Part shown: positions 10,176 through 20,386 of the stretch, piece by piece
Layout of the letters: each line of letters starts with the position of its first letter
How positions within the stretch are numbered: position 1 is the first letter of the stretch
Source of the DNA: an uncultured Muribaculaceae bacterium
Lineage (GTDB): Bacteria; Bacillota_I; Bacilli_A; RF39; UBA660
Direction: 5' to 3'
NCBI GenBank assembly: GCA_964408085.1
Contig: CAYOYB010000006.1
Coordinates: 70,444-134,443 of the forward strand
DNA length: 64,000 nt
Program-made: the position numbers and the translations under genes
Notes under the pieces: model-generated
What the model was told of the DNA's origin: nothing
What the model saw: the letters and a program-made list of their open reading frames with translations, nothing else
The model's database searches: none

Positions 10176-10200
10176 AAAAAAGTCATTATAATGACTTTTT
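10176..10200 (-). terminator. Terminator of small gene 10186-10383 (stem overlaps the stop codon)
   Basis: AAAAAAGTCAT-TATA-ATGACTTTTT is a perfect palindrome flanked by A and T runs. Confidence 0.7.
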
Positions 10201-10383
10201 CTTTGTTTTATCAGATAATCCATATTCTATTGCATTATTTTTATAAAATGGACTAGCCACAGCGTCTTCCTTCGATATTATGCCTAATTCAATCATCTTT
10301 AGCAGATTACTCATCTTTATGGAATCTCTTAAATCACATATAGATTTCTTTAAAAGTCCTAAATCCATAGAATTACTACTCAT
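10186..10383 (-). CDS. Small hypothetical protein (65 aa), paralog-like to 10481-10831
   Basis: The real start MSSNSMDLG... is the ATG at 10381-10383, with a GGAGGTG RBS. The track ORF is extended to a TTG. It ends KKSL*. It has its own TTGACA promoter (10438-10443, minus) and terminator. Confidence 0.55.
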   Translation of the reverse strand: MSSNSMDLGLLKKSICDLRDSIKMSNLLKMIELGIISKEDAVASPFYKNNAIEYGLSDKTKKKSL

Positions 10384-10466
10384 AATCGCACCTCCTTTTT
10401 TGTAAAGTATTTTAAGATAACACAAATAATAATATATTGTCAATAGTAATTTACTTATTAAATACT

Positions 10467-10495
10467 AAAAAAAGTCATTATTACAATGACTTTTT
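10467..10495 (-). terminator. Terminator of small gene 10481-10831
   Basis: AAAAAAAGTCATT-ATTAC-AATGACTTTTT. It shares the GTCATT/AATGAC stem with the neighbouring terminator. Confidence 0.7.
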
Positions 10496-10831
10496 GTATA
10501 TTGCTTCCGATTTTTCTTCAAATGAATCTTCAATTAAACCAAATTTCATAGCATCATCTAGACTTGATTTATATGCTTCTATAGCGCCTTTCACACTTGG
10601 TAATCCTGCACTTGTTAATTCTTTACTAGGTAGACTATTTGTTGTAGTATTATCTATTATTCCACGATACCCCTGCCAAATACCATGTTCAGAAGCTAAA
10701 TTGTTCGATATTAATCCCAAATTAACTAAATTAGCTAAATTATCTCTTTGTGCTTTTAATACTCTCATTTGTGTTGCTCTTGAATTATTATTTAAAGTTG
10801 AAACATCAACTCTTGGTTCTATATTATTCAT
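10481..10831 (-). CDS. Small hypothetical protein (116 aa)
   Basis: The real start MNNIEPRVDV... is the ATG at 10829-10831, with an AGGGGGA RBS. It ends YKKSL*. The promoter TTGACA (10886-10891, minus) is homologous to that of 10186-10383. Confidence 0.55.
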   Translation of the reverse strand: MNNIEPRVDVSTLNNNSRATQMRVLKAQRDNLANLVNLGLISNNLASEHGIWQGYRGIIDNTTTNSLPSKELTSAGLPSVKGAIEAYKSSLDDAMKFGLIEDSFEEKSEAIYKKSL

Positions 10832-11072
10832 AATTATCCCCCTTTTCAAACAGACTTTCCAAGTATAACATATATAATAATATCTTGTCAATAAAAATTA
10901 AAAAAAATAAGCCATATTATAACTTATTAATTTATTATTAATTTATTTAATAAAAACTTTTTTTTCGCTTTCTAATTTTAATTCTTCTTCTGTTTCATAT
11001 AAATCATTTAAACTATTTTGATAAGAGTACCACGATATTCCTAATGCTATCATAATAGCAAACATTAAAATA

Positions 11073-11285
11073 TCAGAATTTGGGTTTTTTTAACCAAAAA
11101 GATTCGGCAGGAGATAAAGTTATACTATTTAAATCTAAAGATTGTATTGTCTTGAATACTTCAATAATTCCAATAAGATGAAATTCACTAACAACAATAT
11201 TTCTGCATATTTTAGTAACCATAATATCTAGTTTTGTATGTTTTAAAAATAATTTTATTTGCTCTAAAGTCATATTTTGATACAT
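11073..11285 (-). CDS. Hypothetical 70-aa protein
   Basis: ATG with an AAGGGAGAA RBS. No recognisable motif. Confidence 0.3.
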   Translation of the reverse strand: MYQNMTLEQIKLFLKHTKLDIMVTKICRNIVVSEFHLIGIIEVFKTIQSLDLNSITLSPAESFWLKKPKF

Positions 11286-11355
11286 AATCTTTTCTCCCTT
11301 AATTTAACAATATGTATCATAACATTTAATTTATAAATGTGTCAATAAAATTATA

Positions 11356-13182
11356 TTAAAATCCACTTCTTTTAAATAGTTTCTCTAAATCATATTTTGA
11401 ATAATAAACCATTGTTGGTCTACCATGTGGACAATTAAATGGATTTTTACATTTTCTTAAATCACTTATTAAATTTTCCATTTCTTCTAATGTTATATTT
11501 TCATTAGCTTTAATAGAAGCTTTACAACTAACAGTTGCGGCTACATGCTCATTAAATTTAGCAAGAGAAAAATCTTTTTCTTTATTAATAACTAAATCGA
11601 GAATCAAACTAATAGCTTTATCTTCATTACCAATTGGAATCCAAGTTGGATGAGCTTTTATAATTATTGAATTAACACCAAATTCATCAATTTCAAATCC
11701 CATATTTTGTAAAATTGGAAAATTTTCTTTTAATATCATATATTCATTATTTGGGAATTCAAATGTAAGTGGTATTAACATAGAAATAGAATCTGGTTTT
11801 GGATTTCCTAATTTTTCGCGATAATATTCATAATTAATTCTTTCTTTAGCTGCATGCTGGTCTATTAAATACATTCCACGCTCATTTTGACAAATTATAT
11901 AGGTTCCATGAACTAATCCAACAGGATATAACTCTGGTAATTTTTCTACACTTTCTTCAATATCAAATAAACGTTGTTCATCATCAATTTTCTCTATTTC
12001 ATTTTCTTTATCATTTTTTTCGCTATTATTCTCTAAGTTAGAATTAGAATATGGGATTTCCTCTTCACCAATTCTTTCTAAATCTAAAGTTATTTCTTCA
12101 TATTTTGGTTTTTCATTTTTTTCCTTTTCTATAAAATCATTATTAACATCAAATCCTACAAAACTATCATTAGTTGTAACTTCAATATGAGGTATTAAAA
12201 GTTGCTTTTTTAAAGCATTTTTAATCATTTTTTCTATTAAAGTTAATAATTCTTCCATCTTACCAAATTTAATATCCATTTTAGTTGGATGAATATTAAC
12301 ATCAACTAAACTTGGATCAACTTCAATATTTAAAACAACAACTGGATAACGATTGTCTGGCTTATATCCATGATAACTGTCATTAATAATTCTATTAATA
12401 TCAGCATTTCTAACAACTCTACCATTTACTAAAGTTATAATGCCATTTCTACTTGATCTCATAATTTCTGGTAATGTTATAAAACCACTAACTAAATAAT
12501 CATTATCTTCACTATTTACTTCTAACATTTTTTTTACAATATTAATTCCAAAAATAGAAGAAATAGTTTTAAGTAAATTACCAGAACCATCAGTATTTAA
12601 AATAGTATTACCATTATTTGTTAAAATAAATTTAACTTCAGGATGTGATAAAGCCATTTTATTAACATACTCAGTAATATTAGCTAACTCTGTATATAAA
12701 CTTTTTAAATGTTTTAATCTAGCTGGCGTATTATAAAATAAATCACTAACAGTTATAATTGTCCCAACTCGTGAATCAGACTCACTAACATTTTCTAATT
12801 TTCCACCATTAATACTAACTAATGTACCAACACCACCAGTAGAAGTTTTTAATTCAATTTTACTAACAGACGCAATTGAGGCTAAAGCTTCACCACGAAA
12901 TCCTAATGTTTCAATTCGATATAAATCTTCTTCTGTTTTTAATTTACTTGTAGCGTGTCTCGAAAAAGCTAATACTGCATCGTCCTTATCCATACCACTA
13001 CCATTATCTGTAATTCTAATTTGTTTTGTACCAGCATCTACAAGTTCTATTTTTATTTCGCTACTTAAAGCATCAATACTATTCTCAACTAATTCTTTAA
13101 CAACTGAAGCACATTTTTCAACAACTTCTCCAGCTGCAATTTTATTAGCTAAAATTTCATCCATAACCATAATCTTCGACAT
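11356..13182 (-). CDS. mutL: DNA mismatch repair protein MutL
   Basis: The start MSKIMVMDEILANKIAAGEVVEKCASVVKELVENSIDA (GHKL ATPase N-terminus) is the ATG at 13180-13182, with a GGTGA RBS. The C-terminal endonuclease region includes YLIDQHAAKERINYE and FNCPHGRPT. Confidence 0.93.
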   Translation of the reverse strand: MSKIMVMDEILANKIAAGEVVEKCASVVKELVENSIDALSSEIKIELVDAGTKQIRITDNGSGMDKDDAVLAFSRHATSKLKTEEDLYRIETLGFRGEALASIASVSKIELKTSTGGVGTLVSINGGKLENVSESDSRVGTIITVSDLFYNTPARLKHLKSLYTELANITEYVNKMALSHPEVKFILTNNGNTILNTDGSGNLLKTISSIFGINIVKKMLEVNSEDNDYLVSGFITLPEIMRSSRNGIITLVNGRVVRNADINRIINDSYHGYKPDNRYPVVVLNIEVDPSLVDVNIHPTKMDIKFGKMEELLTLIEKMIKNALKKQLLIPHIEVTTNDSFVGFDVNNDFIEKEKNEKPKYEEITLDLERIGEEEIPYSNSNLENNSEKNDKENEIEKIDDEQRLFDIEESVEKLPELYPVGLVHGTYIICQNERGMYLIDQHAAKERINYEYYREKLGNPKPDSISMLIPLTFEFPNNEYMILKENFPILQNMGFEIDEFGVNSIIIKAHPTWIPIGNEDKAISLILDLVINKEKDFSLAKFNEHVAATVSCKASIKANENITLEEMENLISDLRKCKNPFNCPHGRPTMVYYSKYDLEKLFKRSGF

Positions 13183-13240
13183 TTTTATCACCATTATTAT
13201 TATAACAAAAAAATATTGAATTTTCTTCAATATTTTATAA

Positions 13241-14590
13241 TTAACTTAAACTTAATCTAAATCCTATTTGCGCATGAGCTCCACCAGTATAACCACTAAA
13301 TGAATAAATACTATTACTTATATCACGGAAAAACCATGGACTATCGCTACTAACAAATTTAGAAAAACTGTCATTCCAACTACTTTGTCCATTATTAAAT
13401 GGCCCAAATTCAGCTGTTGCATCTCCAGATATTCCACGTGTATATTCATTTTCATTACCATCAGTATAATTGTCATAATATTTTTTGTTTTCTGACATCC
13501 ATACACTATCAAATCCAGAATCACCTACGTTACCATTATTATTACCCATAACGTATTCCATAACACTGCCATTCATCGCATAAATACCTGTTATATTTCC
13601 TGTTGTACTAGATGTAATTCCTATATCAGAGCTATAATCAAAATTATATGTACTCATTGCTGTACATTCTTTATTTTTGCAAATACCATACTTTGAATTT
13701 GTTAAATATACAACTGCTCCCCACTCACTATTTTTTATTAATCTTAAATTTGTTGTTTTATCATTTAACCCATAGTAAGAGCCATAGAATCCCTGGATGG
13801 TATTAAACATATTTGAAATGTTTTGATTTACAATTGCTCTTTGATTAGGCAAAACTGTTAAACTATTACCATCACCAGTAACTTCAAACTTGCCTACCCA
13901 TATACCAGCTAATTCTTCACCATTAAAAGTAAAAGCAGGATGTGTTATATAATTTGGTCCAGGTGTTTTGGGAGCTGTTTTTTCTTCAAAAGAAACATCA
14001 ATTTGTTGAAGACCTGTACTAGATACAATTGAATATTTATATCTTGGTATCCAAACATAGAAAGCTAAAATATCTTCATCATTAATAATTGTATCAGGGC
14101 TTGCATTTGCATAAAATTCACGAGATTTTGTACCATTTTCTTTAACTAAAATAGCGTTAGCCCATTCTTTATTAGTATAATTATACCAACTATTTGTAGA
14201 TGGATTATCACTATTTGCTTTTACCCATTTTTTTTCAATATAATTATATCTAACAGGTATCATTCCATCTTTTAATACAGGTGCATTAGCGCCACTTTTG
14301 TCAGCATTAACAATTTCAACCTTATTAGGTTTATTACTATCATCGCCACTATTAACTGGAACATCATTGTTATTTTTAGAAAATAAATTATCCCAAAAAT
14401 TTGACTCTTCCAATTTTTTCATACCTTTAGAAATTAAAGGCATAGAAAAAGCGAAAACAGCAATAACTACTAATAAAATAATGACAAACTTATAATCTTT
14501 AATGCCATTACCATTATCATAACTTTGAACTTGTGGTTCTTCTTTTTTATTTTCAACTAAATTATCAATATTCTTTTGTTCTTTTTTCAT
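13241..14590 (-). CDS. N-terminally anchored extracytoplasmic protein, unknown function
   Basis: The start MKKEQKNIDN is the ATG at 14588-14590, with an AAGGGG RBS. One TM helix (FVIILLVVIAVFAFSMPLI), then a ~380-aa Asn/Gly/Ser-rich domain containing HPAFTFNGEELAGIWVGKFEVTG and NSEWGAVVYLTNSKYG. Confidence 0.5.
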   Translation of the reverse strand: MKKEQKNIDNLVENKKEEPQVQSYDNGNGIKDYKFVIILLVVIAVFAFSMPLISKGMKKLEESNFWDNLFSKNNNDVPVNSGDDSNKPNKVEIVNADKSGANAPVLKDGMIPVRYNYIEKKWVKANSDNPSTNSWYNYTNKEWANAILVKENGTKSREFYANASPDTIINDEDILAFYVWIPRYKYSIVSSTGLQQIDVSFEEKTAPKTPGPNYITHPAFTFNGEELAGIWVGKFEVTGDGNSLTVLPNQRAIVNQNISNMFNTIQGFYGSYYGLNDKTTNLRLIKNSEWGAVVYLTNSKYGICKNKECTAMSTYNFDYSSDIGITSSTTGNITGIYAMNGSVMEYVMGNNNGNVGDSGFDSVWMSENKKYYDNYTDGNENEYTRGISGDATAEFGPFNNGQSSWNDSFSKFVSSDSPWFFRDISNSIYSFSGYTGGAHAQIGFRLSLS

Positions 14591-14658
14591 ATATATTCCC
14601 CTTATCATTATCTTTGATAAAATTATACCATAAAAAAAAATATAGATAAATATATTTT

Positions 14659-15351
14659 TTAAATTTTAGTAATATTTTGAATTCGTCTAATAACTTTCTT
14701 TTCAATTCTTGATATATAAGATTGACTAATCCCTAAAAGAGTTGCTACTTCTTTTTGAGTCAATTCCTCATGATTAAACAAACCATAACGCAAAATCATA
14801 ATTTGTTTATCACGTGGATTTAATTTTTCAATTTCCTCATATAAAATTTTTCGATCTGTTTCATCTTCAATACCTTTTGTTACTACATCATTCTCTGTAC
14901 CCAAAATATCTTCAAGATGAAGTTCATTTCCTTCAGCATCATAACTTAAATTATCTTCAAAACTAACTTCAGTTTTACGTCTTTTATTCTTTCTTAAAAA
15001 CATCAATATTTCATTATCAATACAACGAGAAGCATAAGTAGCTAATTTAATGTTTTTATCTAATTTATATGTATTTACGCCTTTAATTAACCCAATTGTT
15101 CCAATACTAACCAAATCTTCTAAATCTACTCCTGTATTTTCATATTTTTTAGATAAAAAGACAACTAATCTTAGATTATGTTCAATTAATTTTTCACGTG
15201 CTAGTACATCACCATTCATAGACATCTCAACATATTTTATCTCATCTTCCTTAGATAATGGTTCAGGTAACTTGTCAGCACTTCCTATAAAAAATATATT
15301 GTTTTCAACATTGAAAATTCTAATAAAAAAATTTAATATTTTTCTTAACAT
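14659..15351 (-). CDS. sigE: Sporulation sigma factor SigE (pro-sigma-E)
   Basis: The start MLRKILNFFIRIF... is the ATG at 15349-15351, with a GGAGGGA RBS. YFIGSADKLPEPLSKEDE, HNLRLVVFLSKKYENTG and KLATYASRCIDNEILMFLRKN closely follow the B. subtilis SigE layout. It overlaps the spoIIGA stop by 7 nt. Confidence 0.92.
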   Translation of the reverse strand: MLRKILNFFIRIFNVENNIFFIGSADKLPEPLSKEDEIKYVEMSMNGDVLAREKLIEHNLRLVVFLSKKYENTGVDLEDLVSIGTIGLIKGVNTYKLDKNIKLATYASRCIDNEILMFLRKNKRRKTEVSFEDNLSYDAEGNELHLEDILGTENDVVTKGIEDETDRKILYEEIEKLNPRDKQIMILRYGLFNHEELTQKEVATLLGISQSYISRIEKKVIRRIQNITKI

Positions 15352-16136
15352 TTTATTCCCTCCAATAATTTTGTTTGTAAAATACAATCTACTCCATCAA
15401 TTGTTATTTTCTCTTTTATAAAACCTAATAAAACATTTTTTTTAATACCAACATCATCAATATATACTTTTTTTAAAGAAATACATTCTAATAAACCATT
15501 TTCAGTAATAGTGACATAAGGTATAAAAATTTTCTTCATATTTGTTAGTGATAATTTATCCTTATTAATTAAAATTATTGGTCGATTAAAATATGGATCC
15601 TTTAATTTATTTCCTGTATCTAAGAAACCTATAAATTTATATTCCTTATCTTCTAGATTTATTCTAATTTTATAATAGTTAGAATAATTATTTTTTAAAG
15701 AATTAATTTGTTTTATATATAAATAAATAATAATTGGTGAAACAATAATTAAAAATATAATATTAATACTCATACCATTATGAAAAAAAACTAAGCCAAC
15801 TTGTTTATAAGAAAATTGAATATTTAAACAATATAACATCCCTCCTAAAACAATTCCTAGTAAATACAAAGAAATAAAATTCTTAATTATATACTTTATA
15901 TCTTTTAACCCAAAAGCAATAATTACCATCATAATACTAATTAAAAATTTTAGTATAGTAAGTAACAAACTATTTATATTAAAAAACAAAAATAAAGTAG
16001 TCAAACTTCCACAAAAAGCCCCCAAAATAATACGATTAACATTTGAATTTCTTCTTAAAATAATAGAAACACCAAATAATAATAATAAATCAATTATAAA
16101 ATTTAAAAACAAAACAAAGTCAACATATATTTTCAT
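15345..16136 (-). CDS. spoIIGA: Sigma-E processing aspartic peptidase SpoIIGA
   Basis: The start MKIYVDFVLFLNF is the ATG at 16134-16136, with a GGTGA RBS. Five N-terminal TM helices and a C-terminal GFLDTGNKLKDP (DTG aspartic protease motif). Immediately upstream of sigE. Confidence 0.88.
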   Translation of the reverse strand: MKIYVDFVLFLNFIIDLLLLFGVSIILRRNSNVNRIILGAFCGSLTTLFLFFNINSLLLTILKFLISIMMVIIAFGLKDIKYIIKNFISLYLLGIVLGGMLYCLNIQFSYKQVGLVFFHNGMSINIIFLIIVSPIIIYLYIKQINSLKNNYSNYYKIRINLEDKEYKFIGFLDTGNKLKDPYFNRPIILINKDKLSLTNMKKIFIPYVTITENGLLECISLKKVYIDDVGIKKNVLLGFIKEKITIDGVDCILQTKLLEGIKC

Positions 16137-16156
16137 TTTATCACCAAATACATTAT

Positions 16157-16188
16157 AAAAAAACGACATAATAAATTATGTCGTTTTG
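16157..16188 (-). terminator. Terminator between ftsZ and spoIIGA
   Basis: Minus strand reads ACGACATAAT..ATTATGTCGT followed by TTTTTTT. This implies spoIIGA-sigE has its own promoter. Confidence 0.65.
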
Positions 16189-16208
16189 TCGTATTTAAAT
16201 AAAATTTA

Positions 16209-17273
16209 TTAAAATCCTCTTTTTCTTAAAAATGGTGGTAAATCACTATCATCATCGTCATCATCTTCTACTACATTAGTACTAATTGGTTCTTGTTTAA
16301 CAGTAGCTGCTACTTTTGCTTTATCTGAATCTTCAAAACCTGTTGCTATAACAGTAACGATAATTTCGTCATTTAAATTTTCATTAATAACAGCTCCAAA
16401 AATAGTATTAATATCAGTATTGGCTGAAGTTCTAATTACTTCGGCAGCTTCTTCTACTTCAAATAAAGTTAAATTTTCGCCACCAGTTACATTAATAATA
16501 GCGTCAGTTGCTCCACTAATACTTGTTTCAAGTAATGGACTAGAAACAGCTTGTTTTGCTGCCTCAGTTGCACGATTTTCACCAGCACCAATTCCAATAC
16601 CAATTAAAGCATTTCCACGTTTTTCCATAACTGATTTAACATCAGCAAAATCAAGGTTAATTAATCCTGCAACCGCAATTAAATCAGAAATAGATTGAAC
16701 ACCACGCATTAAAATATTGTCAACTTCTTTAAATGAAGCTAAAAGTGGTGTTGATTTATCAATAATTTCTCTTAAACGATCATTTGGTATAACAATTAAT
16801 GTATCAACATGCTTTTTTAATTCATCAAGCCCAACAATAGCTTGGTCCATACGTTTTTTTCCCTCAAAGGAGAATGGTTTAGTAACAATTCCAACTGTAA
16901 GAGCACCTAATTCTTGCGCTATGCTAGCAACAATAGGAGCAGCACCTGTTCCTGTTCCTCCACCCATACCACAAGTAACAAAAACCATATCGGCACCTTC
17001 TAAAGCTGCTTCAATTTCTGATCTTGACTCTAAAGCAGCTTCTCTACCAATATCTGGTTTTGATCCTGCTCCTCTTCCACCAGTCAATTCAGCGCCAATT
17101 TGTATTTTAAGTGGTGCTTTTGATGCGTTTAAAACTTGCAAATCAGTATTTGCAACAATAAAATCAACACCCTTTATTCCTGATTCAATCATACGATTAA
17201 CGGCATTGCCACCACCGCCACCTACACCAATGACTTTTATTTTGGCAATTTGATCTATTTCTAACCCAAACAT
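16209..17273 (-). CDS. ftsZ: Cell division GTPase FtsZ
   Basis: [17 protein letters not shown] and the GGTGTGAAP tubulin signature. Acidic linker and a C-terminal [11 protein letters not shown] peptide. Confidence 0.98.
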   Translation of the reverse strand: MFGLEIDQIAKIKVIGVGGGGGNAVNRMIESGIKGVDFIVANTDLQVLNASKAPLKIQIGAELTGGRGAGSKPDIGREAALESRSEIEAALEGADMVFVTCGMGGGTGTGAAPIVASIAQELGALTVGIVTKPFSFEGKKRMDQAIVGLDELKKHVDTLIVIPNDRLREIIDKSTPLLASFKEVDNILMRGVQSISDLIAVAGLINLDFADVKSVMEKRGNALIGIGIGAGENRATEAAKQAVSSPLLETSISGATDAIINVTGGENLTLFEVEEAAEVIRTSANTDINTIFGAVINENLNDEIIVTVIATGFEDSDKAKVAATVKQEPISTNVVEDDDDDDSDLPPFLRKRGF

Positions 17274-17285
17274 AAATTTCCTCCC

Positions 17286-18533
17286 TTATTCACCAAAAAA
17301 GTATCCAAAAACCTTACTTAACATTGAGTCGTTTGAATTACTAGTAACACTATTACGATTAGAACTTAATTCTTCTATTTCATTTTTTTTAAACATTGTA
17401 TAACTACTTCCATTTAAATTTAGCTTGCTAACAAAATAAAGAATATTGCCAATTGCAGAAGAATATTTATTATTTCTAACACCAATTAGCTTTATATTAC
17501 CAACTGTAGCATGTTTTCCAAGGACCTCTTCAACAATATAATTAAAATGTGTCATATTACTAGTTCCACCAGTTAATATTATATAATCTAATTTCTTATT
17601 AGTCAAAGTAGATATTTCCTTTTTAACAGAATTTAAAATTTGTTCTAGTCTTGCCATTACAACTTCTGAAGCCTCATATTGATTAACTTTTCGTGTCTTT
17701 CCAGAAGTAGTCGTGACCATACAGATATCATTAGCACTAGCATTTTTTTTATGTGCTAAAGCAAACTTTTCTTTCATTTTGCAAGAATCATCTAAAGGAA
17801 TTTTATAAATATAAGATAAATCATTATCAATATTTTTTCCACCATTCTGCAAAATAGAACCTTTTACAATAACACCCTTATTAAATAGAGAAATTGTTGT
17901 TATTTCTGAACCAACATTAACAATCGAACCAACTTTCATATTCATATCGTCATTTTTTAAGGAATAGTAGTCTCCAATACCATTAATAGATACGTCATCG
18001 ACTTCTATTCCTAAACTATCAAATAAATTCAAAACGGAATATAAATTTTTCTTAGGCGTCGTAACCATAATTCCCCTCATTGATAATATCTCGCCATTTA
18101 AACCCTTAGGATCTAATATTCCCTCTTCATTATCGACAGAAAAATCAATTGGAACTGTCGTAATAATCGATTTACCTGATAAATCATGACTTGTGATTGC
18201 ACTTTCTATAACCTTATCAACATCTTTACCAACTATAATATGATCATCAGCTAAAATATTAATTGAACCTTTAACCATAAAATACTCAGCAAAATATGAT
18301 GGTACAGAAACTAGAGTATGTTCGATTTTAGCACCTAACATATCCTCTATTCTAGACACTGCTAACTTTAAAGAAGATTGAGCTTCTTCAAAATTAGTTA
18401 TTAACCCTTTTTTTATTCCTCTAGATTTAACAGAAGATGCCGCTAGTAAATTCAATTTGTTCTTAATCAACTCGCATACGACTATTTTGATTGTATCAGA
18501 ACCAATATCAACACTAGTGTAAATATGTTTCAC
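17286..18533 (-). CDS. ftsA: Cell division protein FtsA
   Basis: 415 aa with an actin-like ATPase pattern (YTSVDIGSDTIKIVVCE; LTGGTSNM). Directly upstream of ftsZ. Confidence 0.93.
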   Translation of the reverse strand: MKHIYTSVDIGSDTIKIVVCELIKNKLNLLAASSVKSRGIKKGLITNFEEAQSSLKLAVSRIEDMLGAKIEHTLVSVPSYFAEYFMVKGSINILADDHIIVGKDVDKVIESAITSHDLSGKSIITTVPIDFSVDNEEGILDPKGLNGEILSMRGIMVTTPKKNLYSVLNLFDSLGIEVDDVSINGIGDYYSLKNDDMNMKVGSIVNVGSEITTISLFNKGVIVKGSILQNGGKNIDNDLSYIYKIPLDDSCKMKEKFALAHKKNASANDICMVTTTSGKTRKVNQYEASEVVMARLEQILNSVKKEISTLTNKKLDYIILTGGTSNMTHFNYIVEEVLGKHATVGNIKLIGVRNNKYSSAIGNILYFVSKLNLNGSSYTMFKKNEIEELSSNRNSVTSNSNDSMLSKVFGYFFGE

Positions 18534-18619
18534 AATATCATCTCCTATAATCTAAAATCAATTATACTATATATTTTCAAAAAAGTAAAAGAAAAAAATA
18601 AAAAAAGTTCTAAAAAGAA

Positions 18620-19318
18620 CTATTTTTCTATAATTTCAAAATAATTTCCTGAATCCAAATACACGATTCCCTTTTTATTTCCAAAGTTTTTAATAATTTC
18701 AATATACTTATTTAAATTAGAAAATTTATATAAATTAATATATACATAATTTCCATCTTTCATATACAATAAGAATCTTTCATCATCATAATCACTAGGG
18801 TCATATTTAATTTCTGAGATACGCTCTAATATATTATTATCTAATAAACCCATTTTTTCGACAAAATCCTGATATTTTAAATTTGGAATATAATTTATTA
18901 CAGTTGGAACATCAAAAGTTTTGTCGACTTTAGAGCCATCTAATAAAATTGTTTTATTATCAGTTTTATAAAAAAATAATGGATAATTTTCTTCAACAGT
19001 AATATATACTTGTGTTAAATATTTTTTTGTAACTTTAGCACTCTTAATATATATATTATTTTCTAAATTCTTTTTTATTTTAGAACTAGAAAAATTTAAT
19101 GTTTTAGGATAATCAGAAATAGAAGCAATATCAATAATCTCTTGTTCTTTAAGTATATTGTAATCACCATCTACATATATATTTGTTATTTTTAGATTAA
19201 TAAAAAAAACTAATGATAATATAATTACTACTAAAATTAAAAGAAGTATAAACACACGCGTATATTTAATTTTTACTTTCTTTTTAGGTTTTGTTCTTTT
19301 TAATGTCTTTTTTGTCAT
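18620..19318 (-). CDS. divIB: Cell division protein DivIB/FtsQ
   Basis: 232 aa: basic N-terminus, a single TM helix (VFILLLILVVIILSLVFFI), then POTRA-like and FtsQ-like domains. Located between murB and ftsA. Confidence 0.8.
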   Translation of the reverse strand: MTKKTLKRTKPKKKVKIKYTRVFILLLILVVIILSLVFFINLKITNIYVDGDYNILKEQEIIDIASISDYPKTLNFSSSKIKKNLENNIYIKSAKVTKKYLTQVYITVEENYPLFFYKTDNKTILLDGSKVDKTFDVPTVINYIPNLKYQDFVEKMGLLDNNILERISEIKYDPSDYDDERFLLYMKDGNYVYINLYKFSNLNKYIEIIKNFGNKKGIVYLDSGNYFEIIEK

Positions 19319-19491
19319 GATATCACCCCTAATATTCTATAATAAGTTTATCATAAAAATAAATTTTAGGCACTATTTTTATCATATTTACTTAAATTTA
19401 AGTTTAGAATATTCAGTTATTTTACACAAATTTAAAATTTTATATTCAAAAAAAATAATCCATATAAATTCTATGGACTATTTTTACCAAA

Positions 19492-20385
19492 TTATTCAAC
19501 AAATTCTTGCTCTATTTTTAAATCAATACCATATTTTTCATATACTTTCATCTTTGTTTCAACAATTAATTTTTTTATATCATCACCACTAGCATTGTCA
19601 TAATTAACAATAAAATTGGCATGTTTTTCACTTATAATTGCTCCACCTATTTTATACCCTTTTAATCCTAAATCTTCAATTAATTTTCCAGCATAAATAT
19701 CACTACTAGGATTTCTAAATACGCTTCCAGCCGAAGGATATTCTAATGGTTGACTATTAATTCGACGATTTTTTCTATCTTCAATTAAAGCTAAAATTTC
19801 TTCACTATTTCCATAGTCTAACTTAAAAGTAGCATCTAAACAAACAAAATTATTTTTTTCTTGCAAATAAGAGTGACGATATGAAAAATTGAAATCAGAA
19901 TTGTCTAATTTTTTTATTTCTAAATTATCAGTTAAAATTGTAGCATTAACTAAAATTTTACTTATATCGCTATTATAGGCTCCAGCATTCATATAAACTG
20001 CTCCACCAACAGTTGCAGGAATTCCTGTTGCAAATTCCATTCCTGTAAGACCAAGTCTTGATACACGATAAGCTAATTTCATTAAATTAACCCCACTACC
20101 AGCTTTAATTATATTATCATTTATTTCAATATTATTAAGATTTTTTAAATTTATCAAAATCATATCATAATATTTATCAGAAAAAACTAAATTAGAACCA
20201 TTGCCAATAATTTTTATTCTTATGTTATTATCTTTAGCAAAAGCAATAATTCTTTTTAATTCCTCAATATTATTAGGAAGCACTAATGCTAAAGCACTAC
20301 CTCCAACATTATAAGTATTATATTTTTTTAAAGATACATCATAGACAATTTCTCCACAATTTAATTGTTTTAATTGTTCTTTCAT
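19492..20385 (-). CDS. murB: UDP-N-acetylenolpyruvoylglucosamine reductase
   Basis: 297 aa with an FAD-binding domain (YNTYNVGGSALALVLP; IIGNGSNLVF) and C-terminal SAGSVFRNP and GGAIISEKHANFIVN motifs. Confidence 0.93.
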   Translation of the reverse strand: MKEQLKQLNCGEIVYDVSLKKYNTYNVGGSALALVLPNNIEELKRIIAFAKDNNIRIKIIGNGSNLVFSDKYYDMILINLKNLNNIEINDNIIKAGSGVNLMKLAYRVSRLGLTGMEFATGIPATVGGAVYMNAGAYNSDISKILVNATILTDNLEIKKLDNSDFNFSYRHSYLQEKNNFVCLDATFKLDYGNSEEILALIEDRKNRRINSQPLEYPSAGSVFRNPSSDIYAGKLIEDLGLKGYKIGGAIISEKHANFIVNYDNASGDDIKKLIVETKMKVYEKYGIDLKIEQEFVE

Positions 20386-20386
20386 A

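Noticed and set aside
10030-10185. Possible T-box leader upstream of proS
   Set aside because: The region is only ~155 nt and almost pure AT. It has no specifier-loop/AGAGA, no T-box (GGUGGNACCGCG-like) sequence, and no terminator/antiterminator pair.
10943-11065. 40-aa minus-strand ORF (MFAIMIALGISWYSYQNSLNDLYETEEELKLESEKKVFIK) downstream of 11073-11285
   Set aside because: It has no Shine-Dalgarno sequence and is in a different frame from the upstream ORF. It could be a small membrane peptide, but there is no supporting signal.
11356-13182. mutL without an adjacent mutS, and parC (47817-50339) without an adjacent parE
   Set aside because: Operon splitting of these pairs is common. The partners may simply lie outside the window, so this does not show loss.
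16179-16193. Tandem TGTCGTT / TGTCGTA motifs upstream of spoIIGA that resemble Spo0A boxes (TGTCGAA)
   Set aside because: They are imperfect (5/7 and 6/7 matches). One forms the descending arm of the ftsZ terminator hairpin. Sequence alone cannot separate them from terminator structure.
16717-17253. Long plus-strand ORFs antisense to well-supported minus-strand genes. Examples: 16420-16698 and 16717-17253 inside ftsZ, 9044-9346 in proS, 10437-10868, 15050-15421, 20286-20603, 24293-24604, 40057-40413, 46031-46318, 49480-49788.
   Set aside because: Each lies fully inside a conserved gene on the other strand. They have low-complexity Ser/Ile/Phe/Leu-rich translations and no RBS. They are typical shadow ORFs in AT-rich DNA.
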